Source of the DNA: Candidatus Heimdallarchaeum aukensis
GTDB lineage: Archaea; Asgardarchaeota; Heimdallarchaeia; Heimdallarchaeales; Heimdallarchaeaceae
Direction: 5' to 3'
Assembly: GCA_021513695.1 (NCBI GenBank)
Contig: CP084166.1
Location: forward strand, 1,024,001-1,088,000
Length of the DNA: 64,000 bases
Shown one piece after another: positions 28,450 through 37,892 of this stretch (the first letter of the stretch is position 1; each line of letters begins with the position of its first letter). Both the position numbers and the translations under genes were made by a program. The notes under the pieces were generated by a model that did no database searches, was not told the origin of the DNA, and saw only the letters and a program-made list of their open reading frames with translations.

Positions 28450-29481
28450 TTACCATCGATTCATCACTTTCTCAGCAAATCCTAATAGTTTGTTTATTTT
28501 TACCTCTTTTCCATTGTCTAAGATTACTTTTCCTGTAAAATAACCAAAAACTTGGTGTTGTACTGATTTGAATATGAGAAGATTTACTTTTGAATTTCGA
28601 TCAATTATTGGCTCAAAATCCATTTCAAACCGTTCATCGTTACTAGTGAATTTCCAAGGCTTAAGGTAATCTGTTTCATCTATATGAAAAGTAACTTGAT
28701 CGAGTTTGTGTCCTTGATTATTGTAATAGAAAATATTTTCTGTAGCTGCAGAAGTATCACCAAACCCATAACCTATATTGAAGCCTACAGGAACCCCATC
28801 TTGTATTCCTGAAGCTGACCCCCAATACCAAACATCTTGGTATGGCCAAACTCCTCTACCCCAATCAAGAACTGCAAAACTGTTGTTTTTCTCAAAAATG
28901 TATTCTTTATCGCCATATTTTACTTTTCCTTCTGTAGGCATACAATTTATTTTCTGATTATAATAGAAACATTTAGGCTTATTTTTCCACGGAGTGGCAA
29001 TTACCATAGTATCCATATTTGGTTCTTGATGAAGTAAAAGTTCTCCTTTGATATCTGATTTTTTAGTAAAATTGGGAAAATTAAATCTAATTATCCTTTG
29101 TTCATTCTTCTTTTCTATATTTATACTCAGTTTTTTGCCTTTATACTTAATATCACCAAAATCAGAAGAAAGAGGTAAGTTTGTTCTACCTCTTGTGAAT
29201 AACTTCATTTCTTCTCCTGTAACAAAAGTTTTTTTCTTAAAATCTAACCAGACTATATTATATAATCCCATTATCCCTAAATCAGCTATAGTAAAGGTGA
29301 TCGCATAATCTGGATGAATAACAGCATAATAATCCCATTCTTTTATTCTGAACCATTTTTTCCTAATTTTTTCTCTATTGTATTTTAAATAAGGTTTCCT
29401 TGACCAACCTTTGTAGTTCAAGTGGCCTTTTTCATTTAGTAATTCTCCTTCTGAAATTATCTCATTTTGAGTAGACATCAC
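28450..29481 (-). CDS. Conserved hypothetical protein, 343 aa, full-length paralog.
   Basis: Long ORF with WYWGSASGIQDG and GFNIGYGFGDTSAATENIFYY. Family not recognised. Confidence 0.6.
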   Translation of the reverse strand: MMSTQNEIISEGELLNEKGHLNYKGWSRKPYLKYNREKIRKKWFRIKEWDYYAVIHPDYAITFTIADLGIMGLYNIVWLDFKKKTFVTGEEMKLFTRGRTNLPLSSDFGDIKYKGKKLSINIEKKNEQRIIRFNFPNFTKKSDIKGELLLHQEPNMDTMVIATPWKNKPKCFYYNQKINCMPTEGKVKYGDKEYIFEKNNSFAVLDWGRGVWPYQDVWYWGSASGIQDGVPVGFNIGYGFGDTSAATENIFYYNNQGHKLDQVTFHIDETDYLKPWKFTSNDERFEMDFEPIIDRNSKVNLLIFKSVQHQVFGYFTGKVILDNGKEVKINKLLGFAEKVMNRW

Positions 29482-29621
29482 TTTAACAATCTTTTAAAAT
29501 TCAAATATTTTTCTATAAGGGGATTCAAGATATTCAAAGATTAGAATTATAGTGTTTAATCATTTTGAATAATAAATCATCGAAAATTAAGTATATATTA
29601 GTAAACTGGAATTTTATTTAG

Positions 29622-30299
29622 ATGTTTAATGTAAGATTTCCAACTTCTCTCAATGAAGCTAGAAAATTTCAACAAATTGTATCCCAACAAATCTCCCTCA
29701 AAGATGAATTTGGAGATATTAACTATATTACCGGATTAGATATCTCTTACAAGAATAAAAGAGCTTATGGCGCAGCAATTGTTTATGATTGCAAAAATAA
29801 GAAAGTAATTGAGAAAAAAAGAGTAGAAATGTTACCAAAATTCGAATATGTCTCAGGATTTCTTTTTATGCGAGAGGTGCCAATATTTCTAAAATTAGTA
29901 GACCAACTAGTAAATCAATCTGATTTATTTCTTGTAGATGGGCACGGAATAGCTCATCCTGCTTATGCAGGGTCAGCTACCGTTTTTGGGTATTTCATAA
30001 AAAAGCCTGTAATTGGAGTAGCAAAAGCTCCAATGAATGTTTTTGAATTTGGAAGTGAAGAAAAAAGAGAAGATTTTCTTATAACAAACCTTTATGTAGG
30101 AAAAAGACTTGTTGGAAAAAAGATAGCTTACAAAGATAAAAATTGGAAACCAATTTATGTTTCACCAGGTAATAACATTTCAATTTCTTCTTCCTTAGAT
30201 GTAGTTATTAACTTGCTTGACTCAAAGCACAAGCTTCCTAAACCACTATTGCTTGCTCATCTAGCAGCAAATGAGTACAAAGAAAACATATATCATTAA
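29622..30299 (+). CDS. nfi: Endonuclease V.
   Basis: The layout YITGLDISYKNKRAYGAAIVYD and the size (225 aa) fit EndoV. Confidence 0.75.
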   Translation: MFNVRFPTSLNEARKFQQIVSQQISLKDEFGDINYITGLDISYKNKRAYGAAIVYDCKNKKVIEKKRVEMLPKFEYVSGFLFMREVPIFLKLVDQLVNQSDLFLVDGHGIAHPAYAGSATVFGYFIKKPVIGVAKAPMNVFEFGSEEKREDFLITNLYVGKRLVGKKIAYKDKNWKPIYVSPGNNISISSSLDVVINLLDSKHKLPKPLLLAHLAANEYKENIYH

Positions 30300-30460
30300 C
30301 ACAATTGTCCTTCCAAAACTAATAAATAAAATCGCGCTTTTTAAGAAGCATTATCACAAATAATTTCATTGATTCTTCAACCATAAAACTTTGTTTGCAA
30401 CACTTTAAAAAAGAAATAAAAAGGAAAAATAGTTTTAGATTTGGAGTTTAATCTTAGATT

Positions 30461-32524
30461 TTACTTTTTTAAGTTAAATACAAGGCTTTTAACAGTCATG
30501 GGATAAACTTGACCTGAATAGAGAGGTTCTCCAATATCTATCCAGTCTCCTTCTTCTAATTCTATTTCATCAAGGCACATGAAATTATTTTGAAGCGATG
30601 TTTCTCTCTTAAGAGTTAGTCCCACCGTTCCTCCTATGTCTTCTTTAAAAATCAAAATGATCAGTTTGTTGTTACTAATTGAATTAGCAAATGAAGTTTC
30701 TAGTGCTTTTGCAAAAGATTTTATGTAATATTCGCTTCGATAAATCGGTTCGTCAAAAAATAGTGCTACAATATCCTCTCCTTCTTTCATATCAAATTTC
30801 AAATAAGCTTGATGAATAGCCTTTTTTGTCTTTTCGATACTAAATTCTTTTTTGTTCAAGTTTACTTTAATTACTGGAATATTTTTTATAGGTAAGTTCA
30901 AATTTCTATCAACATAACAAGTAGATCCGGAAACAGTGAGTGAAAATGAACCCGCTCCAATAACTGTTGCTCTAATGGTATTTTCAGGTTCAATTAGGGG
31001 AATATCCTTCTCTTTAATCAGTTTTTTTATCTCTTTTGCAAGTCTTTTTCCTATATCATCATATTCTATTGTTTCTTTTCCGTAGATATATTCAGCTACT
31101 CCTCCAGAAAAGGAAAAACCATCTATTTTTACTGAATAATCTAAATCTTCAGTCATCATAAGCTTTTTTGCTATTGTACTTTTTGCTGGACCTAAAAGAA
31201 CTTCGATTAAAACTTCTGCGTAAGTTTTTACTATCTTTTGAATATCACCCTCAGATATTGTATCTCCAACTTGATAACTCAATCCTAATTGCTGCATAAT
31301 AAACTCTGTAGGCTCATCTATTCTCGTAATTTTATAATTCTTATCTACACCAAGTAATCTCCCTCCAATATTAATGCATGCAGTGCTTAACACATCTCCA
31401 CAAGAAGCTATAGCTAAGTTACTTGTTCCTCCTCCAACATCTACATTCATATATGTTTTTTGATCAATTTCTGAGCGAGAAACAATACCACTTCCCATCG
31501 CTGCTAGATAAGATTCAAAATTAGGACCCGCAGTAGCACTGACAAACTTACCTGATTCAGAAGAAAGACGTTGCACTATCTCTTCTGCATTCTTTTTCTT
31601 TGCTGTTTCTCCTGTTATAATCACTGCTCCAGAATTAACCATTTCCTTTTTTATACCAGCTCTTTTATATTCGCTTTGAAAGAAAGAGATTAATTTCTCA
31701 ATATCTATAGTAAAACGGTCAAGCAAAGGAGTATCAATTATTTTCCCTTCATAAATAATTTCTCTATTAGTGAGATGAAATCTGTTCGTCATATTAAGAA
31801 AATTTCTTTCTCTTTGATATGATAAGCGTGAAAAAAATAAATGAGAGGTAGAAGAACCCACATCTATCCCCACACTTAGCAAGGTCATATATTCTTTCGA
31901 ATCAATTTCTGTAGAATGTTTAGTTTCGCTTTGCTCTTCTTTCCTTTCTTCTGAAAATGTTTTCTCTAATAACTTTATTTTTTCTGGTGCTTTCCTTATA
32001 ATTTTTATTTTAACTGGAGAACCACAATGAGTTTTTAGTTCCAGCTTCTCATCAGAATTTAAAATCCGCTTCTTCTCCTCAGGTTCAATTTCAAATTCTT
32101 GCTTACAGACTGAGCAGAAATAAACAATATCCGTTGATTTATCCGTTCTTGGTAATATTGGCCCTTTATCTATTACATGTCTAATCTCTCCCCGAGCTTT
32201 TCTTCTTGCACCCAGCAAGGTCATATTATATATTCGATCAATTGAATCAATGAATACATTAAATACTTCATCTCGATTGAGAATTTTCTCTAAAGCTCTC
32301 GCATATTCCTTTCTAACTTTTTTCAATTTTTCAAAATCAGTCATCAATTCATTGTCGTTTGAATTCAAAAGATCTTCATACTCTTTAACAAATTTTTTTG
32401 ACAGTGCTTCTGCATTTTGTGGGAATAGTTTAAACAAAATTGCTTGGGTAGTTCCTATAATTGCCCATTTAACATTCTCCACATTTATACATAAATTGGT
32501 TAAATCGTCAGAATCGTTTTCCAT
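30461..32524 (-). CDS. EutA-like ASKHA-fold reactivase fused to a ~200-aa N-terminal extension containing a Zn ribbon.
   Basis: LLSVGIDVGSSTSHLFFSRL, NSGAVIITGETAKKKNA, FVSATAGPNFESYLAAMGSG and MNVDVGGGTSNLAIASCGDVLSTACINIGGRLLG are colinear with E. coli EutA as I recall it. The N-terminal part has YFCSVCKQEF...THCGSP. Confidence 0.7.
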   Translation of the reverse strand: MENDSDDLTNLCINVENVKWAIIGTTQAILFKLFPQNAEALSKKFVKEYEDLLNSNDNELMTDFEKLKKVRKEYARALEKILNRDEVFNVFIDSIDRIYNMTLLGARRKARGEIRHVIDKGPILPRTDKSTDIVYFCSVCKQEFEIEPEEKKRILNSDEKLELKTHCGSPVKIKIIRKAPEKIKLLEKTFSEERKEEQSETKHSTEIDSKEYMTLLSVGIDVGSSTSHLFFSRLSYQRERNFLNMTNRFHLTNREIIYEGKIIDTPLLDRFTIDIEKLISFFQSEYKRAGIKKEMVNSGAVIITGETAKKKNAEEIVQRLSSESGKFVSATAGPNFESYLAAMGSGIVSRSEIDQKTYMNVDVGGGTSNLAIASCGDVLSTACINIGGRLLGVDKNYKITRIDEPTEFIMQQLGLSYQVGDTISEGDIQKIVKTYAEVLIEVLLGPAKSTIAKKLMMTEDLDYSVKIDGFSFSGGVAEYIYGKETIEYDDIGKRLAKEIKKLIKEKDIPLIEPENTIRATVIGAGSFSLTVSGSTCYVDRNLNLPIKNIPVIKVNLNKKEFSIEKTKKAIHQAYLKFDMKEGEDIVALFFDEPIYRSEYYIKSFAKALETSFANSISNNKLIILIFKEDIGGTVGLTLKRETSLQNNFMCLDEIELEEGDWIDIGEPLYSGQVYPMTVKSLVFNLKK

Positions 32525-32552
32525 ATTTATTAGACAATTGTAAGATATAAAT

Positions 32553-32936
32553 ATGTTTTTATACTATAAAAATACAATAATGTATGTGGGGCAAATGGTT
32601 AGAAGAACAATGTTGGAAAGAGCAAAAGCTATTTTTGAATTCATTAAAAAGGTTGATGAACCGTTCCCCAAGTCAAAATTGCAAAAAATAGGGCTGAATC
32701 CTGAAACAGCAGAAAAGTGGTTGGAGTTAATAATATACATCCAAAGACAACCGAGAATAAGGCTTGTAAAAACAAAGAATACAACAATAATAGAAAAAAC
32801 AGAAAAAGGGTATCATGTGATGAGTAGAGAGGTGTTTATGGATCCGACTAGAAGCTATAAGGAACGTTTTTACGCTTTACAAGATTATTTAAGTGCTTTA
32901 ATTACTACAGAAAAACTAGAAAAGGAGCAAAAATAG
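32553..32936 (+). CDS. Hypothetical small protein, possibly winged-helix.
   Basis: ORF only, 127 aa. Confidence 0.35.
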   Translation: MFLYYKNTIMYVGQMVRRTMLERAKAIFEFIKKVDEPFPKSKLQKIGLNPETAEKWLELIIYIQRQPRIRLVKTKNTTIIEKTEKGYHVMSREVFMDPTRSYKERFYALQDYLSALITTEKLEKEQK

Positions 32937-33399
32937 ATTCTCGGAATAGTTATTATTTGTTCATATTTTGAATGACCTCTGCAAGCGTTTGGAATTGTTC
33001 AAGGGAAGGTTTTTTTATTACTCTATCTTTTGAAATAACTATTCTATCAAAATCTAATCTTTTTGCATTAGTAACTCGAATAGGAACGATTGAACTGGGT
33101 AAGATATTGCCAAATAAATCTATGTCTCTTACTCCCCTATCCTTTTTCTTTAATTATAATAATTATTCTGGTTTCAATAGCTCATTTGTTAGGAAACTCT
33201 TTTGATGCTTTTTTAAGCAAATTTAAGGAAAGCTTCCAGAAAGAGCTTCTCTACTGTTTGTATTGGTCTTATATTTCACTTTCCTTTTCTAACTCCTTAC
33301 CGTCTAAAAAAAGAAAAAGAAGAGAAGACCCAAAAATAAACAAAAGTAAAATTTTGCTCAAACTTTTTATAGATAAATAGTGTTTATTATCTGACCAAA

Positions 33400-33927
33400 A
33401 TGTTATGGGTTACAAGAGATTATGTACATGTAGATAGAGTAGCTTGTCCTTGGTTGATCAAGCGTTTTGTTGACAAGAAAGCCCAATTCGTTTTCTTGCC
33501 TAGAGAAGAAATAACTGAATTTGTAGAAAAAACAGGAGCAATTCCTTTTGATACAGGAACAGGAATAGAACTCGATCACTTTGAACGTGATGGAGTAAAG
33601 TATTGCACTTTTGACGCAATTATTGAAAAGTATAATCTAACAGAAGATCCCGCTTTAGCAAAATTGAGAAAAATAGTCCGTTCTGGGGATACAGAAAGAG
33701 AACCAAGTGAAAAACTAGCTTATGGTTTAGAAGCAGTAGCAAGTGGAGCTCCTCTATTGTGTGAGTCTGACCACGATGCTTTGGAGTTGGAATTCCCATT
33801 TTACGATATTTTATATGCTTATCTCCAAAGAGAAGTAATATTAGAACGATATAAGAAAGAAATAGCTGATCTAAAAACACGAGGAGAGAGAAGGAATTTC
33901 ATTAAAGAAAAAATGAAAGAGTTGTAG
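33400..33927 (+). CDS. ChrB C-terminal-domain-like (Chrom_resist) protein.
   Basis: LWVTRDYVHVDRVACPWLIKRFVDKKAQFVFLP matches the WvTR...DRiAcaWLIrRFid motif I recall for that domain. Confidence 0.55.
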   Translation: MLWVTRDYVHVDRVACPWLIKRFVDKKAQFVFLPREEITEFVEKTGAIPFDTGTGIELDHFERDGVKYCTFDAIIEKYNLTEDPALAKLRKIVRSGDTEREPSEKLAYGLEAVASGAPLLCESDHDALELEFPFYDILYAYLQREVILERYKKEIADLKTRGERRNFIKEKMKEL

Positions 33928-34028
33928 AAATATTTCTAATTTATCATAAAACTATTTTTACTCTTTTTTCTTTTTTCAGAAAGAGATAAAAAATATAATT
34001 TGACGAGTGTTCACACTATAATTAAAAA

Positions 34029-35312
34029 ATGGTGAGTGAAATTACCAAGAAGTCAATTTCCACTATCCACGAGTACTTAAAAAGTTTTAAGTTGGATAGT
34101 AAAGAAAAAAAACGAAATTACTCAAAAAAACTAAATCAAAAATCAACGAAAATTGATTATTTGGAAATTGACGGAAAGAAAATTATCAGATACACTAACG
34201 AGTTCTGGACTTCTAAACAAAGACAAGCAGCTTCAATCCATGAAATATCTTATAGAGCTTGCTTTAAGGCCCAACTACCTAGATTTTTTATTCAGTTGTT
34301 AACTAAAGCAGATGAGATAGTATATGATCCTTTTAGTGGAAGAGGAACAACAGTCATAGAAGCAGGAATAATGGGAAGAAGAGTGATATCAAACGATATT
34401 AACCCTCTAAGTGAGATATTAACAGCTCCTAGATTCTTTGTCCCAACAATAAAAGAAGTAGAAGAAAGGTTAAGCGAGATAAAAGTAGATTATAGATCTG
34501 AAGCTGAAATAGATCTGTCAATGTTTTATCACAAAAAAACAGAAGCAGAAATAGTGTCTCTAAAGAATTATCTAAAAGAAAGAAAAGAAAAGAATGAAGA
34601 AGATATGATAGATAAGTGGATAAGAATGGTAGCAACAAATCGCTTGTCTGGACACTCAAAAGGATTTTTTTCAGTATTCACTCTTCCACCCAACCAAGCA
34701 GTATCACAAGAAAGACAAAAAAAGATCAATGAAAAAAGAGACCAAGTTCCAGAATATAGAGAAGTAAAAAAACTAATAGTAAGAAAAACAAAGGCCCTAC
34801 AAAGGAATATAACGAAAGAAGAAAAAGTAAAACTAGCAGAAGCAGGAAAAACAGCAAAGTTCCTAACATCTGACGCAAGAAAAACACCAGAAATAGAAGA
34901 TGAAAAAGTATCCCTGATAGTAACTTCTCCTCCATTTTTAGACGTGGTGCAATATTCAAAAGATAATTGGCTAAGATGTTGGTTTAATGATATTGACGTA
35001 AAAGAGATAGAAAAAAAGATAACAATAACAAGAAAACTAGATGAATGGACCAAAGTGATGAAGGAAGCATTCAAAGAATTCTATAGAATAATAAAACCAG
35101 GAGGTTATATAGCCTTTGAAGTAGGAGAAGTAAGAAAAGGAAAGATAAAACTAGATGAAGAAGTGGTACCAATAGGAATAGAAATTGGATTTGAACCAGT
35201 AGGAATAGTAATCAATCTTCAAGAATTTACAAAAACAGCAAATATTTGGGGGATAGAAAACAACGAATATGGAACAAATACGAATAGAATAGTGTTATTT
35301 GAGAAAAAATAA
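34029..35312 (+). CDS. SAM-dependent amino-methyltransferase (N6-adenine or N4-cytosine, alpha-like order) with no cognate restriction enzyme nearby, i.e. an orphan.
   Basis: Motif I IVYDPFSGRGTTVIEAG, then about 190 aa later motif IV LIVTSPPFLDVVQY. A K/E-rich insert lies between them. Confidence 0.55.
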   Translation: MVSEITKKSISTIHEYLKSFKLDSKEKKRNYSKKLNQKSTKIDYLEIDGKKIIRYTNEFWTSKQRQAASIHEISYRACFKAQLPRFFIQLLTKADEIVYDPFSGRGTTVIEAGIMGRRVISNDINPLSEILTAPRFFVPTIKEVEERLSEIKVDYRSEAEIDLSMFYHKKTEAEIVSLKNYLKERKEKNEEDMIDKWIRMVATNRLSGHSKGFFSVFTLPPNQAVSQERQKKINEKRDQVPEYREVKKLIVRKTKALQRNITKEEKVKLAEAGKTAKFLTSDARKTPEIEDEKVSLIVTSPPFLDVVQYSKDNWLRCWFNDIDVKEIEKKITITRKLDEWTKVMKEAFKEFYRIIKPGGYIAFEVGEVRKGKIKLDEEVVPIGIEIGFEPVGIVINLQEFTKTANIWGIENNEYGTNTNRIVLFEKK

Positions 35313-35517
35313 AAAATAATGTGAGTTCTATATCTCTGTGGTAGAGAGCGATCAATATTCTCTTCTGGCTCAATGATAGGAATGGGTTCTTCTATCAGTC
35401 GTTCTTGAGAGCAAGATTTCTACACAAAAATTTTTTGCGTAAAAATCGAGTGATAAAATAAATATTAGATATTTGATTGGCCAAGAATATAGACTTAAAC
35501 TTTTTTAAAGTAAATAA

Positions 35518-35940
35518 TCAGCTGCTATAATTTTTATCTTGACTTAGGTCGCATATTATTTCTTTATATCCATCTATTAGTAGTCGTAAGTTGACTAACA
35601 CTCCTCGCCCAATTATTATATCTTTATTTTCTAGGAAAGTTTCAACAACAATAGGTATTTTTTTCTCATTAACTTTCATCTCTGATAATGCAGAACGCAA
35701 AATTATCTCTTCTCCAGAGATCGTTTCAGCAATGAATTGTTCTGTTTCTTTTAAAAGAGCTTCCTCAAACCCATGGTTCTTGAAATCTTCAAAAGGAATT
35801 AAAATATCTCCATCAAATCCTGTGTCTATTATTACATTTTCATATTTTACCCATTTTAATTCTTTTTTTGAAAAGAGATCAATGTTAATTGCAAATTGTT
35901 TTATTCGATAGGTATTGTTTAGAAACTGCCAACATTTCAA
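35518..35940 (-). CDS. Retropepsin-like (clan AA) aspartic-protease-fold protein.
   Basis: VIIDTGFDGDILIP contains the D-T-G signature. 140 aa, directly abutting the upstream RHH-like gene. Confidence 0.45.
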   Translation of the reverse strand: MKCWQFLNNTYRIKQFAINIDLFSKKELKWVKYENVIIDTGFDGDILIPFEDFKNHGFEEALLKETEQFIAETISGEEIILRSALSEMKVNEKKIPIVVETFLENKDIIIGRGVLVNLRLLIDGYKEIICDLSQDKNYSS

Positions 35941-36336
35941 TTAACTCACCACTTTTTTTCTTTTCATATACCAGCCTAATTGTCTCCTTTTTGTGTGGTC
36001 GAATTTAACAATATTTTTAGGTGCAATAATTCTCGTCTCTGAAGACAATGTAGGTGATTTGTATAAGTCTTCAATAGTCTTGAATGCTGCAACAACTTTA
36101 TAGTTTGAATCAATCACGATATATTGTTCAGGATATTTTCCCCGTAAATTTTCTATTATTTCTGCATTATAGTTGTTTTTCATTTCTAATATCCTTTTTT
36201 GCTTTGCAATCCACTCTTCTATAGCGTTCTTTAAAGCAAGTGAAATGTTCCCTTTTTTAAGTCCATATTTTTCAGCAATAACCTTTCTAAATTCTTTTTC
36301 TAATTCTTCTGGAACTTCACCCTTTATTGTTGCCAT
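35941..36336 (-). CDS. RHH/CopG-like DNA-binding protein.
   Basis: The N-terminus ATIKGEVPEELEKEFRKVIAEKYGLKKGNISLALKNAIEEWIA has an RHH-like pattern. A palindrome-rich operator lies immediately upstream. Confidence 0.45.
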   Translation of the reverse strand: MATIKGEVPEELEKEFRKVIAEKYGLKKGNISLALKNAIEEWIAKQKRILEMKNNYNAEIIENLRGKYPEQYIVIDSNYKVVAAFKTIEDLYKSPTLSSETRIIAPKNIVKFDHTKRRQLGWYMKRKKVVS

Positions 36337-36343
36337 TTTTAAT

Positions 36344-36374
36344 CATATGTACATATGTACTTACGTACTTAAGT
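36344..36374. promoter_or_regulatory. Candidate operator made of tandem 8-bp GTA-ending units and overlapping palindromes.
   Basis: The units are CATATGTA CATATGTA CTTACGTA CTTAAG. The 12-bp perfect palindrome GTACATATGTAC is at 36349-36360. The block starts 8 bp upstream of the RHH gene start codon. Confidence 0.5.
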
Positions 36375-36400
36375 TTATCTTCAAAAGGATTTTTGAAAAA

Positions 36401-37729
36401 TTAATAATTTAGATATTTCTTCCATTCCCATTCTGTAATTTTTTTAGAATTTGATTTTTCTTCGATTAGTGTATATTCTTGAAACTCTTTTTCTTTTATT
36501 TTTATAAACGAATTGAAAATGTGTTCTCCCAAAACTTCTTTCAGAAAAGGGTTCTTTTTGGAGTTCTCTAGTGCTTCTATTAACGATGTAGGCAATAGGG
36601 GGTATTTTTCTCTTCTTTCATCAACATCCATTGAGAAAAGATTCTCTGAGACCTGTTCTGAAGGTTCAAGTTTTTCTCTGATTCCTTCCATTCCAGCAGC
36701 TAAAAGAACCGTGAAAGCAATATATGGGTTACAAGTAGGGTCAGAAGCTCTAAATTCTATGGTTATTGTTCTGTTCTTCCTTAATTTATACGTAGGTATA
36801 CGAATCAAAGTGCTTCTGTTACCAATTCCCCAAGAAGAATAAATAGGAGCTTCAAATCCAGGAACTAACCTTTTATAACTGTTAACAGTAGGAGCAAGGA
36901 AAAGTAGAATATCTTTAGAATACTTGATTAATCCTGCAATGAACATTTTTCCTAGTTCAGATAAACCTTTTTCACCGTTAAACACGTTGTTATTTGTTTT
37001 TGTATCAACTAAACTTTGATGAATATGTATACCAGAACCATTAAGATTAATGAAAGGCTTAGGCATAAAAGTTGCTATAAGACTAAAATTAGAAGCTAAC
37101 TGGCGAACAATAAATTTGTATGTTTGAATATTATCCGCAGTTCTAAGAGCTTCAGCATATCTAAAATTTATTTCGTGTTGACCTGGAGCAACCTCGTGAT
37201 GAAGAAATTCAGGTTTAATACCAAAATGCTCAAGAATCTCAGCCATCTCTAAACGAAAATAAGAGTGGAAGTCTAGATATTCTGAAGAAAAGTAAGAAGC
37301 ATTATCTGAAGGCTTTTTTCCATCAATAAGGAAGAATTCTATTTCACTTCCTGTATAATATTTATAGTTGAATTCCTTTTCTATCTTTTCTAAATATCCC
37401 TTTAGCAAGAATCTGGTGTCTCCAGGAAAAGGTTCGCCAGAAGGTTCAACAATTTCGCAAAAAACTCTTCCAATTCTTTTATCCCAAGGGTAAACTACAA
37501 AAGTGTCAAGAACAGGCTTAAGTAATAAATCGCTATTATCTATTGTAGTAAAACCTTCAATACTGCTCCCGTCTAAACCAAATTCTAAAAAGTTGTTCTG
37601 CTCCAACTCACTCTTTGTAACAGTAATAGATCTCAAGTGGCCAACTATATCAGTAAACTGTAGATTGACATACTTTACACTTTCAACAATTTCCTTTGTT
37701 ACTTCCTCTGTAATCATTTTTCGAACCAT
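36401..37729 (-). CDS. glnA: Glutamine synthetase type I.
   Basis: 442 aa with a GS catalytic-domain layout (FLHHEVAPGQHEINF..., HIHQSL, NRSTLIRIP). Confidence 0.9.
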   Translation of the reverse strand: MVRKMITEEVTKEIVESVKYVNLQFTDIVGHLRSITVTKSELEQNNFLEFGLDGSSIEGFTTIDNSDLLLKPVLDTFVVYPWDKRIGRVFCEIVEPSGEPFPGDTRFLLKGYLEKIEKEFNYKYYTGSEIEFFLIDGKKPSDNASYFSSEYLDFHSYFRLEMAEILEHFGIKPEFLHHEVAPGQHEINFRYAEALRTADNIQTYKFIVRQLASNFSLIATFMPKPFINLNGSGIHIHQSLVDTKTNNNVFNGEKGLSELGKMFIAGLIKYSKDILLFLAPTVNSYKRLVPGFEAPIYSSWGIGNRSTLIRIPTYKLRKNRTITIEFRASDPTCNPYIAFTVLLAAGMEGIREKLEPSEQVSENLFSMDVDERREKYPLLPTSLIEALENSKKNPFLKEVLGEHIFNSFIKIKEKEFQEYTLIEEKSNSKKITEWEWKKYLNY

Positions 37730-37792
37730 TCAATTGTATACTTGTGTTTGATATAAATCTAATATTTATTAGGGTTTATAAAAAAAGACGAA

Positions 37793-37831
37793 ACGTATGT
37801 TTAAAAAGAAAAAATTTTTAAAAACATATGT
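37793..37831. promoter_or_regulatory. AT-rich 39-bp imperfect palindrome in the glnA-lrp divergent intergenic region.
   Basis: ACGTATGTTTAAAAAG...TTTTTAAAAACATATGT, with arms AC(G/A)TATGTTT. Confidence 0.4.
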
Positions 37832-37892
37832 CCTATTTAATGTTGTATTGAATAATAAAACCATACAAATATTCAATTGAGAATGTGATTAA

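Noticed and set aside
34429-35074. Antisense ORFs opposite the methyltransferase gene.
   Set aside because: The K/E-rich (AAG/GAA-rich) coding segment gives stop-free antisense frames (L/F-rich). Not genes.
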